A program made the translations under genes and the position numbers. The notes below the pieces were generated by a model. The model was not told the DNA's origin and did not search any database. It saw only the letters and a list, made by a program, of their open reading frames with translations. This document shows, piece by piece, positions 51,053-63,740 of a DNA stretch of 64,000 bases. The stretch's first letter is position 1; each line of letters starts with the position of its first letter. The stretch is from Podarcis bocagei (taxonomy: Eukaryota), in assembly GCA_964188305.1 (NCBI GenBank), contig OZ076894.1; one strand, 5' to 3'.

Positions 51053-52713
51053 GTAACCTCAGGAATACGACTGTTTTACATAAATGCCATGTTTATACCA
51101 TGTGTGCCTCCTCTCCCCCATAGGCATTTTAATGGAAAATATATTTTGTAGTCACACACTTACTTCTATACAAACTTGCGCATTCTATGAGATCGACTTC
51201 TAAGGTCTTTTTCTGGGTCTTTTCAGAGGTTCAGTGGGTGGCGACCAGGAATAAGGCTAGGTCAGCTGTGGTACCGTTGTTGAGCAATGCCTTCACAAAA
51301 ATATTTATTTGGCACTAACCAGGGCGGGTGCAAGAGATTCCAACACCTTAGCCATCACTACTGCTGTGTTCCTCGCTCCCCCTCCTTTTCATGGCAATAG
51401 CAGCACTGCTCCCACTCTCATTTATTTCCTCAGCAACGTTAATTTCCCTGTTGCTCTAGCATCACTGCTAGCGCTAGCGAGGCGCCCCACCTACTCTCTC
51501 CCAGCCTTGCGCTAGGAAGGTCTAAAAGGGTGCTTCCTCAAAGTGGAGCATTCTGGGAAGCATGGCTGTGAGACTGGCTTTGCCACTGCCCCTCTAATTC
51601 TAGACATCATTTGTCCCTGCTGCAGCAAACTGCAGGGGCAGCACTAGTAATATCACAGCCACCCTACCCAGAATGTTTTGCTTTGTGGAAAGATCACCTT
51701 GGTCCTTCCTATGAGAGTCAGAGAGGAAGGAGGTGGAGTCAGAGAGCCTTGCTGGGCAGTTGCTGCATCAGCCAGGCCAGCAGAGGCAAAAAACAAGCCA
51801 GTGGGAGTTGCAGTCTGCCACCCCTCCACATCCGTTGCCTGAGGCAGTTGCCTCAGTTTGCCAAATGGTAGCTCCTGTAGTCCAACACCAACTTAAAACT
51901 GCCTTACTGTCCTGAGCATTTGATGGATGATAGTTTTATGTTGTTCCTCGCTGTTGCTAACCCCTCCGCCCCAATTAAATTTTGGTTTGGATTTTTTGAC
52001 GGTTTACTTGGATTTTATTGTTAATTGGTTTTTGTGGTTGTGACAGGCATCGCTGTTGGAAACCGAAGCTGTTACTCATATTGTAGCATTTTCTTGATTT
52101 TAAAATCATCTCAAATTATGTTATCAGTTGTGATGACAGAAGCACATATTTCCCCAAGTTTATGATGGCTGCATAATGCTATCAGCCATCAGTGCCCATG
52201 TCCAAAATGATATTTAATTTGGCAGTCTCTTGCCAGGTTATTTATTGTACTTGGGAAAGAAAATCAATATGTACTTAATGGTTTTAAAAGGCAGCCCGTA
52301 ACCTAGGCACCTTCCTTCATTGTAAAATTGATTCTAATGAGCAGTTACAAAAGGCGCCATCTTTGCTGCACTTGCTCCTGCCTTCTACTCCAATAGAAGC
52401 TTGAGAAAGGGACTCAGTACTAGAAAATGCATTTACAAGACTTCCAATTTAAAGACTGTGCATAGCAATGTAGTGTTTGTCTGAGTGGGTAATTAAGCAG
52501 CTGTTGGGATGCCTATTACATAAAAGTGCATTTAATTTGCTCTCTTTAGCTACTTGTATTTGCAGTGCCTGTCCTGAACACCTGTATTTCTATGAGACTT
52601 GCAGTGTGCCCCTGTGTTTTATCCGATTTATATTTCATGGAACATTAAATACCAGCGTCATTCAATAGCCAAGGTCAGGGTATTGCAATAACGTCTTTTG
52701 GTGTGTGTTGCAG

Positions 52714-52891
52714 GTGCCGCTCTTTATTCCTGCTCTGTTTTCTTTCACCTGCCTCTTCATGGTTGCACTATCACTTTATGCTGACCCTGTCAATACTGGC
52801 ATTGGCTTTGCAATTACACTGACTGGCGTCCCTGCCTACTACCTCTTTATCATATGGGACAAGAAGCCAACGTGGTTTAGACGGCTGTTAG
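52714..52891 (+). CDS. SLC7A11: xCT exon 11 ([22 protein letters not shown]...WFRRLL), 178 nt
   Basis: Acceptor gttgcag; donor G|gtgagt. Confidence 0.97.
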
Positions 52892-53641
52892 GTGAGTAAA
52901 CGCCAATAGGAAATCATTCCCTTTGTTGTACATTCAGCTTTAGACCATACAGTAACTCTGAAAACTGCAAGTTTTAATTTTTTTGGGAGGCTTTGTATCC
53001 ACTAGTTTCATTGCCACAGTAAGGCATCTACCTCATTATTTTTAATGTAAATGCCAATTTATTAAGCAGTTATTCTGTACCAGTAGAACTCAATACTTGA
53101 AGTAATACTCTTTGGACAAAAGCTGTTTCAAATTACTGAATCTCCCCTCAAATCCCCCAAGTAAGGATATATCTAACAAAAGCCATGGGGCCATGCTCTC
53201 TGGTCAAGCAGTAAATGATACTGAACTTTTATTTTACCTTACTGGCACTTATCATGGACTATCTCTATCTGCTTGGAAAAGAACATATAGTGAGAGAACC
53301 ATATCCCCCCACCCCCAATAGCCTACTTTGACACAGTTTGTTTCTGTCATTGTCCCATGTATTGACATCTGAATTTTGGTTGTGTTTGATCCATGTTAAA
53401 GAGAGCTGTTCAGCTGTAAAGCAAATGCAATTAATCTCTGATCAGTATTGATCAACTACTAGGAGATGTCAACAGCAGCCAATATTTCCATGATTAGTAC
53501 TAAATACCACAAGTAATTTGTGCAAATTCAGGGCTGATTTATGACCCAAACCTAGGTGCTAAAGATAGCACCACAAAAAATAAGTATTAATTTTACTTAA
53601 GCATAAGAAGAGCCTGCTAAATTAGTCCAATGACCCATAGT

Positions 53642-53788
53642 CAGTGGCGTAGCGTGGGTTGTCAGCACCCGGGGCAAGGCAAGTAATTTGCGCCCCCTAA
53701 CCCGTGGATTTGCACCCCCTAACCCTAACCCCCAGATGTTGCGCCCGGTGCGGCCGGCCCCCCCTGCACCCCCCACGCTACGCCACTG
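53642..53788 (+). mobile_element. Same hAT MITE, copy 3
   Basis: Near-identical to copy 1; 8-bp TSD CCCATAGT. Confidence 0.92.
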
Positions 53789-54208
53789 CCCATAGTGGAG
53801 CATCCTGTTCTCACAGTGGTCAGCCTGATGCCTATGGGAAACCCACAAGAAAGACCTGAATGCAGTAGCACTTTCCCTGCTTGTGATTCCCAGCAAGGCA
53901 AAAGGCAAGTGTCAGCCACCATTTCTCAAAGGCACTTTTCACCTGTAAAAAAATCCACACTTAGCCTGTTTTTCTTTCTCACCCAGAATCAAATTAGCCA
54001 CCCCTATACTGAAAACACAAAGTTTGCTTTTGTTTTAAGTGTATGTGCTAGTATAACAGAGTTTCTTCTGATGTTGGCAGCCTTCTCACGACTTGACTTG
54101 AAAAATGAACTTTTCTACTTTCAATTTACTGCACTACTTCAAGGTGTACTGGATTTTTTCAATTATCTAGTTACATAAAAGCAGAACAAGAATCTTATAA
54201 GGTAGATA

Positions 54209-54415
54209 CAGTGGTACCTCTGGTTACGTACTTAATTCGTTCTGGAGGTCCGTTCTTAACCTGAAACTGTTCTTAACCTGAAGCACCACTTTAACTAATG
54301 GGGCCTCCCGCTGCTGCCGCAAAAGTTCTTAACCCGAGGTAATATTTCTGGGTTAGTGGAGTCTGTAACCTGAAGCATATGTAACCTGAAGCATATTTAA
54401 CCCGAGGTACCACTG
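54209..54415. mobile_element. Tc1/mariner-type MITE, subfamily B (internally deleted)
   Basis: TA|CAGTGGTACCTC...GAGGTACCACTG|TA. Confidence 0.88.
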
Positions 54416-55370
54416 TAATTCCACTTGTAGCTTAGCAGCAGAACACAGCAAAATAGTTATCAGTGAAATCAGCATTAGAATTTGTGAAATAATTTGACTC
54501 TACAGTGCAGATTTGAGAATAATGATCTGTCTTCTTAACCATGATAAAATTAGATCACTTAAAAACAGTGCCATGAGTAAAAGGAATATAAAATAAAAAT
54601 GCACATGACATTCTGTAGGAATCTTTCCTGCTATTAAAACTGATGCCTATAGCAGTTTATTTTTCTCTGTCTGAGAATAAGGCAGTGGAAGCAATATCTT
54701 TCACTCGATAGTCAACATTTCCAAAGCTTTTGGATCATATTTTTATGAATCAGTGTGGCCACAGGATGCCAGTATTGAACCATTTTATGCGAGCAAAAAG
54801 AAAACATTCCCTTCTAGGCAGTTACTGGAGAGACTTGATTTCTGCTTGCTGTGGCAATGCAGCTGATTCTTTGAGCTCTTAAAAAGAAGCCTATTATTTT
54901 CTCTGGCACGAGAAAATACAAATACCTGTAAATGATACAGACATGCATTGCAAACCTGGCTAAGATAATATTTACAGATATTAGTGTATTTCACCGTATA
55001 TGATTAATGCCTGGAGAACTGAAATTTGTTAAACTATGTAATCATTTTTAATTGAAATATAATGGTTATTGTTTACTTAAATATGCAATGCTTTGTTAAA
55101 TGTAGTTTGGTACTAGATGAGACTATCAAAGGATGTCAAGATGGATGCTCAATTTGTGTCTTAGTCTAGACTTCATGTCCTTGAGGGTCTAAGCTACTGT
55201 ACATGAATTGTATGCTTTTCTATCTCAGTGACTAGAAGATTGACTGCACGTTAACCGTGTTCTAGCAAGCTAATATAATGTTACAATATAATGTTACACT
55301 GAGTTGCATCCAAAGACCTGGGTGAACCTGGCTTTGGATAACATGTGAGCTATAGTTTAGCTCATAGTAG

Positions 55371-55683
55371 TGGTGCTGTGGGTTAAACCACTGAGCCTCT
55401 TGGGCTTGCTGATCAGAAGGTTGGCGGTTCGAATCCCCGTGATGGAGTGAGCTCCTGTTGCTCAGTCCCTGCTCCTGCCAACCTAGCAGTTCAAAAGAAT
55501 GAAGTGCAAGTAGATAAATAGGTACTGCTCCGGAGGGAAGGTAAATGGTGATTCCGTGTGCTGCTCTGGTTTGTCAGAAGCAGCTTAGTCATGCTGGCCA
55601 CATGACCCGGCCAGTAAAACGAGATGAGCGCTGCAACCCAGAGTGGACCTAATGGTCGGGGTCCCTTTACCCTTTACCTTTAC
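55371..55683 (+). mobile_element. Sauria SINE, near full length
   Basis: tRNA-like head with B box GGTTCGAATCC and tail CCTTTACCCTTTACCTTTAC. Confidence 0.85.
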
Positions 55684-56090
55684 TAGTGCAGCTGCAGTAG
55701 TACTGGAGGACAAATAAAGTGGCCTAAGTCTGCTCTCCAGGAGCCTACAATTTTTTATGTTCATGCTAAACTAAGGTTTGGCTTAGCATTCTGTGAGAAC
55801 TGGACTTTAGTTTACTTTAAGTCCCATTGAAATCAATGGAGCAAGTAAATTCAAATGTGCCACTGAAATCAATGGGAGCCTAAATTCATCTAATTTAGGC
55901 TGCAATCCTAACCTCAATTTCTTTGGAAATAAACCCCATTGAATTTAGTAGGATTCAACTTCTGAGTAGACATGGTTAAGATTGCACTGTTAGTCCAGAG
56001 ATCCAACCCTCTGTTGCATGCAAGTTTAATCTTACAAATGGCCTTTCATAGAACCTTTCAAAAAGTCTCCTCTATTTTTGTCCTTTATAG

Positions 56091-56158
56091 ACAAGACAAC
56101 GTTAACATTGCAAATCATCTTGGAAGTTGTTCCATCAGAGGGGAGTGCCACATCATGA
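56091..56158 (+). CDS. SLC7A11: xCT exon 12 coding part (DKTTLTLQIILEVVPSEGSATS*), 68 nt
   Basis: Acceptor tcctttatag; the LQIILEVVP motif is in frame; TGA at 56156-56158. Confidence 0.94.
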
Positions 56159-59100
56159 TCTTCTGCAGCTGAAAGTAGCAGAGAGGCCAAGCAACCAGCT
56201 TCTTCATCAGTCAAGGAAATGTGTATGTGTTCACCTTCCTAGGCAACATGGAGAAATAATGAACTGTGGAGGGAACTGTTTTATAGTGTCAGTATTTTTA
56301 TGTGTGGTTATCTGGTACTGTGGACTCAGGCCACATTCTTGAAAGGAGAAGCTATGGAACCTTTGTGGAACAAAGTGTATGCTCTCCTATGAGAATAGAG
56401 TCAATGTAATCTGAAATTCCCTTTATCATACAAGGGAAGGGATCAGTTTTTAACATGATGATTTGTACTGTGGTGTAAATGAACATTTGTTTAAAAATGT
56501 TCAAGATAGCTAAAAAAACCCAAGAGTGATAATGTCTGTATTGTGTGTATTAGGCCTAAAGAAAGAAAGGAGTAAAAAAATGTGAGTGCAAAATTACCCC
56601 ATCCCTTGTTAATATCTGTTTTTGTTTCATTGAGAACACTACCAAGTTCAAAACTATGTACACTCTATTTACCTTTTTAGTTCTTGCTGATATGGATGGG
56701 CATCCTGTTCTTTTATACCAGGAGTAGCTAATGTGATGCCTTCCATATGTTGTTGAACTACAACTCTCATAATCCCTGACCATTGACCATGTTTGCTTTG
56801 GTGGGTAGGATCTGGAGTTCAACCCTGTTGGAAGGGCACCACTTTCCTTACTCCTACTTTAGATGAACCTAGCAATGTATTTACAGAAAAGCACTCTCTG
56901 AATGAACGGTGCCGACACAGCCACAGCAGCATCCTGCACGAGGTCACTTGGACAGGGTGCTGTACTGTTTCTCAGCTGCAAATTAGCACAAACACATTAT
57001 ATTGGATACACTGGATTGTGCTGATTCAGCTGAATTATTGGCAACACTTTATTGATGACTGGAAAGCCTTTAAGAAGATAGAGCCTATTGTCTCCAATCC
57101 TAGCCTCAGTCCTACCATGCCCTATCTCATACCACTAGCCCAGTAGCAAAACCTGTGTTGCTTCAATGCAGCTGTCCTTCTGCCTAATACTTAAAAGCAC
57201 AGAAGCTTATAGGGTTGGACTATAAGGGAGGTTAGCATCTTCCCTGTGTTTGTGATAAAGCATCTTAAGAACAAATGCTTTCATTAGGCATATGGATTAT
57301 TTTCCAGTTTTGACAGTTTCTTTTAAAAATGACAGCTACCAAAACTTTGGTTATTTCCAGTCTGGAAATTTGGGAATTATGCCCAGAAGCTTAAGAACCA
57401 AGTAATGAATGGTGTATGCCTCAGACAGCTTTGGAATTCTGTTTGCTATGGACAAAAGCCAAATGGCCAACTGTTTTTGAAACTCAGCACAGAATTAAGG
57501 AGTAGCTGGTGACATGTTGTATGGTTTTACTTTCCTTTGAACAAGAAGCACACACACAAACCCACTACTCACTTTGCACACACAAGTCTTGGTGTTTTCT
57601 TGTGTAACTTTTGTCCCACCCTATATCTTGTAAAGTTTAGTCCCAAGTTATCAACTGAAATCAAAGAAAATTCTTCCTCCAAACTCAAACATTTCCTAAC
57701 TTCCTATTGCAAAAGTATTAATATTTAAATATTCATCTTGAACATCATATGTTGTTTGCCTTTGGTTTGAAGTAGAGGTTAACCTCTCACTAAAACCTCT
57801 GTTGCAAAGTAAGTTGCTATTCTGCGTTGGTAATCTTGCTTATAGTCATAGGTTTCTGGCAACAGGAGAAAGAAGGAAGTAGTTATTCACACAGCATATA
57901 TGGAATCCAAAGTTGTAGCGATGTGATGGTGACTGACATGGATGGCTTTAAAATGGCATTATACAAAGTCATGGAATATCAGGCTGTCAATAAGTGTTAG
58001 TCAATATGTCTGTATATTACCTTCAGTATTGGAGACAATGTATTTCTTAATACCAGTTGCTGTGAAACACAAATTGAGAGTGCTGTTGTGATCATCCACT
58101 GCCTGTAGGCTTCCCACTGGCATCCGGTTAGCCACTGTGCTGATATTAAAAACAGTCTTTTGTTAACATAAATTCCTAACTTGAACCATAGTTAAATAGT
58201 TGGCTTGTGTGTATATTTAAAGGACACCATTTCTCAAACTTCTGCTGCTCCTCAAGCCCCTATAGTTAGGAAATCATTCCAGTTTATTTGCATCATAGTA
58301 GTTTTTTCTATTTAAATATTATTTATTTAGAGTGTCTGTGTTCTGCTCTTACTGGGGAAGGTTTTGCCCAGTATCCTCTATGTGTGATGGACTCATGGGA
58401 AAAACTTGCCCCATGAGCCCTTGCTGAAAAGGGGAGGGGAAAGCCTGTATAAGGCTGCTTCCCCTGGAGCTCTGGAACAGTTTGCTTTGAGAGCTTCCCA
58501 CCTACCCACCCTCAGGTCAGAGCCTTCACTGGGCAATGCTGAACTGATCCTGGTACCCAATGCCATGTCAACCCTTGCCTGCCTGCTGCTGTCAATAAAG
58601 ATTTGGTCTGATTTTATCCCATCACCATTGTATTTTGCTGCTCTCATGGGTCACATAATGTTCCTGCCTGGGCAAAAATTTTGACATACAGGGGAAATGA
58701 AAGAAAGGAAATAGGAAAATCAGAAAAACAGGCACCAATTTCTAAGCAGTTGTTCCTATAATGACCAGCTAGTACAGAATATGCTTTCTTTGCCATTAGT
58801 TTCAAAGAAAATAACCTCCCTCTTCAATTTATTTCACATATAAGTAATCTCAAGGGTTAACTTGAAAGCAATAGTTATACAAACTGATGTTACTTATGCT
58901 GACAGTATTCAGTTGAGTTCTTCTATTCCAAAGTTTCTTGGTTTTTTGTTTTATTTTTTGCATTTGGAAGCATAACATTAAGAAAAACTGTTATAGACAT
59001 CACTTTTTAATAGGATTAGTGGCACCCTCACAAGCTCTGTGTCCTTAGAGAAATTGCCTTCTTCATTAATTGTGCAAGTGCACATTCTGTACAGAGTGAA

Positions 59101-62100
59101 TAATTTGTAAAGTAATAGTGTGACTTTTAGAAAGGCACACAGGAGACTTATTATTCTAATTAATAATTCCATTGCATGAATATTTACAGTCATAACAATA
59201 CGGAGCTATATTAATGAGGTACCCTCTGTGTGATAAAACAAGAGGAGTAGGTTGCAAAGAAATGTATAGCTGTACAAAACCCAGAGAGTAAACAACGTTG
59301 CACATAAAACAAATCCTCACATTGGGGGTCCTGGAGATTGGTAACACACACACGTCTTACAACCCAGTGCCATTCAGATGGCTTACTGAAATTCTCATCA
59401 GCACCATCTGGCATAGCCATGAAGGATGGGGCTGATGGGATTTGGCAGTCGGAAACACCTGGAGGGTTGGCAAAGGCTACCTTACAACATGGGATGTGCC
59501 ACAGCCATAACACAGTGTATGGAAGAGGTGATCTAAAGGGGAAGCACTGTGGGTGGGAGAAGTTCCTCCACCCACTGCTAGATTTAACTCCAGTCTCCTC
59601 TGCCTGTTTCTTTCAGCTGAGCTTACCATCAACCTCAAGGGCCTTGCCAGGAGAAATGTGGCTAGCTGGTGGGGTTGTTGGGATTAAAGTGGCAGGCAGG
59701 GCAAGGATTCAGCACCCCTCACCCACTTGATACTCCTCTGCTTTACATCACTCCCTGCTTTACAACCATGTGGCAGAGCCAAATCTAGTTAAAGCCCAAG
59801 TATGTGTACAGACCTAATTAAATGCCAGCATGCAGCACTACAGCAAGAGGGATTCATAACAATACCTTAGAGCTCAATCTGGTAGACCTGCTTACATGAA
59901 TAAGTGCGGGAAGGACGAATGCTGTAAAGTTCTATCCATCTCCATTTACCATCTGCCTATTGATTTTAAGCTGCCTGATACAGTGAGCAGGTGTTGGTCA
60001 GGAGCAAAGCTAGAAATATCTGCTATTACTCCATTTGTGTTTCACCAACAGTGAGTAATAGAATATACTCTGACTTTGTTTATACAGGTGTAATCCAATG
60101 GGAATTGGTAAGAATTCAGCAAGTGAATCTTCTTTTATTTACAAAAAGCTGTGCAAAGCCTTGCTGCTAATATAAAAAGGCTGATTAAGATCACATAAAC
60201 CTAAGAAGGAAATGATAAACTTTGGCCAGAATAATTAATTACTACATATGCATTCCATTATTAATAGGCATTTGTAGTGCAATTCTAGGTACCTGCACTC
60301 AAAAGCAAAGCCTACTGAATTCAACAAGACTTATTCACTGTCCAATGGGCAAAGCTGATGTTTTGTAAACAATAGCCAGTTTGGAACTAATTTTCTTTGA
60401 AGAAATTATGCTTGATCTCTAAAGAGGAACTTAAATATCTTAATTAATCAAGTTCTTGCCTTTTACATTTATATCCAATGCATCTGAAGAAAAACAGACA
60501 TATTGCTGGAGACTGTTTTGTTTAATATTGAGAATCTGAGATAGGCTCCTCTGTTTTAAAGAAGTAGTTGGGCAGTGGTCAAGAATTTCCTTGGCAGTCG
60601 GTTAATGTTCTCTATTAAATGTTTGCATGAGTTTCATATTTTCATTTCTGAGTTTAAAATTATTACATTGGGAGTGGGACGTTTAGGTTGTTGTTTAAAA
60701 AACCCTTTAATTTGCCACTGTCACTGGCTTAGCCAGTGAGAGATGTTGGAAGGGAGTGGGGAAAGAGATGAAATTTTAGCAGGTAATAAACTATCTGCTG
60801 TCATTCCTTTATATTATATAATGAGATCCAAAATGCACTGTAGATTATTGGCAACAGCACATTTTGCCTAGCTTAATTATGATTTCAAATCAAAGCAGTG
60901 GATGCTTATTGATTGGTAACTTCTCAGGCAAAGGCAGATAAGTGAAAAGTACTCAACATTCTCTTTTCAATATACCAAGCAAACAAATCTAAAAAGTCTG
61001 TAGTGAAAATAGAACTGCTTATAAATGTTGCAAACTGAACGCAATGAAATACGGTGTTTCTAACATGAAGTGCAGTGACTAAATTTCCCGGTTGGTCCTG
61101 TAGCTGGAAAACATGCTGTAAGGAGAATGTAAGTTTTGCAGACATATTGCCCCTATTCACATGTTACTCATAGCATTTACAGCTTGAAGCAGGAGTGGTG
61201 CTGCTACTCACAATGTAAGGTTCCTGCATTAACCATCCTTTGATACCCACACATCACATTTGTCATGAAAAGCAGCTGTTAATGCACAGAAGCTTCACAT
61301 GAACAAAAGACTTATGCAGCCATACTCAACACCCAGACAATCTTTGGAGTGAACCATATTCAGTGTGAAGACACTGGAGGGGTGAAGTTGCCCAGGGATG
61401 CAACATCAAGGATGTGCCTGGAAACATATTCTAGTTCTTGCTTCAAAGCATGAGTGCCCTCTCGAGTAATATATGAATAGGGCTGGTGCCTATGAGAAAT
61501 AAAGCAAACTAGGATTAACCCACTAATTTAAAACGGCACTATAGTACTTCAAGCACTAGAGATGTTTTCTAACAGCAGAGAGCTTCTATTCGGATGGCTT
61601 GTCCTTGTTTGCACTTTTTCAATTTCTCCTTTGAAATCTTGACAAGCCTTTTCATTACTGGATACATCCTCTGGGGTTCCTGTTCCTATTTCCTCATGAT
61701 GTAGAGAATCTCCAAGCAGATTAGCCACATCGCTGGTGTAGCAGTTCTGGGTTGGAGAAGATGCATATCGCAAGGAACTGGAAGGTGGAGGCGGATGCTG
61801 TATGCTAACAGCAATGGGTTAAATTGTCACATGAAGGCTGTTTTTGAGTGGTCTCTGCTAAATGAGAGTAACTTGGAGATCTTTAAACTGTTGTAGTCTT
61901 GATATTAAGGACTTTGCATTGCAAGCAGAAACATGTTGGTCTGCAATCGTTGTAAAAGAGGAGTGCATGGCTAATGTGTGCGACACATACAGGGCCTACA
62001 AACATGATGCTCTGCAGTTCCTTTAATGTGCTCCTGGATCTGTTTGCTATTGGAAACGGGTGATATACACCTGTAGTTTTGGAGAAATCCATGTCAGCCC

Positions 62101-62920
62101 ATTCCCTTCCCCCTTTGAATCTTAATTTAAATAGGACCATGTACAGGCATCTCTTTTTAAAAGCAAGCAAGACTGGATCCCTCAGGGACAGCTCTGATGC
62201 GGTGTAGGAAACCAGGAACAAAATGAATTTCAATCAAAAGTAAATATATAATAGTGTAATGAAATAGCCATGGAATTGTCCTGAACTAAGGGTAGAATAG
62301 CATCATTCCCTCAATCAACAGATGGATGAAGCACTCTTTTTGACCCTTATTAGACCCATTTCCTGGACATATGACTGTAATAAATATGCAATTAAGTTTT
62401 ACTGTATTGCTGTTTGATGGCTAGCAGTGATGCCTGCTCAAAACATCCAGCAGCTATTCAAACGCCCACACACCTGACAAAGTGGCTGGAATAAGAGTTA
62501 TAGGAGCAGAAATTGGTCTTTTTTGGGTGATTTGTTTGATTTTTGTATGAATTTGGAGATAGTGCTGAAGGTGATGCTGTTACTTCTAATTGTACAGAAG
62601 AGAATAACATGATAGGCCAATTCCAGATTCCTGAACAAAAGCTCTACATACCTCCCAAAAGTGTGGGAAAGCCCTAAAAGTATGACAAGGATGGATGAGA
62701 ACCTATATATGCATCTAAAGCAGTTTCTGGCTGTACACTACTTACATTATGTAAAATAAATTGAAATATATTTATCTTCTCATTGTAAAGCTTTTAATTG
62801 AGCTCCTCTTGTACTGTTGATGTGTTAAATATGTATATACGTGTATACCGTTAAAACAAGTTATACAGAAATGCATTTTTGCTAAAAATAAAAATGCCCA
62901 TTAAAAAGTCTTCATATTTT
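56159..62920 (+). other. SLC7A11: Putative long 3' UTR of SLC7A11
   Basis: AT-rich sequence after the stop, ending in a cluster of poly(A) signals. Mammalian SLC7A11 has a multi-kb 3' UTR. The end point is inferred. Confidence 0.45.
62755..62905 (+). terminator. Candidate polyadenylation signal cluster
   Basis: AATAAA at 62755-62760 and 62887-62892, ATTAAA at 62900-62905, with upstream TGTA motifs and a downstream GT/T-rich tract. Confidence 0.5.
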
Positions 62921-63473
62921 AAAATTCAGTTGCCACCAGGAACTGTTATGTGGTATTTAGGCATAGTGAATTACTGAGCACTGTCCCCATAAGCACAACA
63001 CAAACTCTTCTCTTCCTTTTTTCCCTTGGCCGTAGAGAAATCTGCTGCAGGCCTGCCAGGAAGCTATGTAGAATCCTATAAGTCTTTCTACAAGGAAGCC
63101 TAAATTTGGCAGCGGGTATTCAACTGAAAATCAGGGTTTCATTTCATAAGAAATTTTTATAAACTGAACAAATGGAGGCAATTTATTTCATTCATTTCTT
63201 GTACAGAAATGAATGCCAGATTTATGAATAAGGGCGCTTTGTCTGTATTTTGCAGAAGGGTTTCTAATGCATATTGGGAAATTTAAGTTTTTGCAATCAA
63301 AATGTTCTGTTTCCCAAGCATAACGAATCCACTTTAAAAAAGCAGACTTTTTGCAGTTGGGAAAGTGATGGGAGGTTGCCCCTCCTCTTTAAGGGTATTC
63401 CATTAAAGGGATCCAGGGGTGTGGATCTCTTCTGAAGCCTGGGTATGGGCTAGGGCTCTCAGTTGATGTACAT

Positions 63474-63740
63474 TGGAGTTGGCAAGGTTTTACCTGCCTG
63501 GACCCATCAAGTCCCGTGCAGATTTCTCAGTGGGCCAGATTGCGTGCACGTGCGTGATTTTCGGTGTCTGCTCACACACGATTTCTGGCACCGTGGAAGC
63601 AAGTTCCCATGCCACGCCGGTTTAGCACAGCATGCGGGGACTCACCAAACAGGTGGCTCGGTCTGGGGGTGTCTCGTGGGCTGGCTAAACTGCCCCCATG
63701 GGCCACTTGCAGCCCACGGGCCGCAGGTTGCCGACCCCCA
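63474..63740. mobile_element. Non-autonomous hAT element
   Basis: Ends TGGAGTTGGCAA / TTGCCGACCCCCA; 8-bp TSD ATGTACAT. Confidence 0.75.

Larger units (their letters stand above)
6156..56158 (+). other. SLC7A11: SLC7A11 (xCT) gene, start codon to stop codon, 12 coding exons, 503 aa
   Basis: The spliced exons give one open frame of 1512 nt. All introns are GT-AG with consistent phases. The translation has xCT motifs ([52 protein letters not shown]). Confidence 0.98.

Noticed and set aside
56156-56165. Stop-codon readthrough or selenocysteine at TGA
   Set aside because: The context is TGA TCT, not TGA CTAG. The position matches the normal protein end and I recognised no SECIS.
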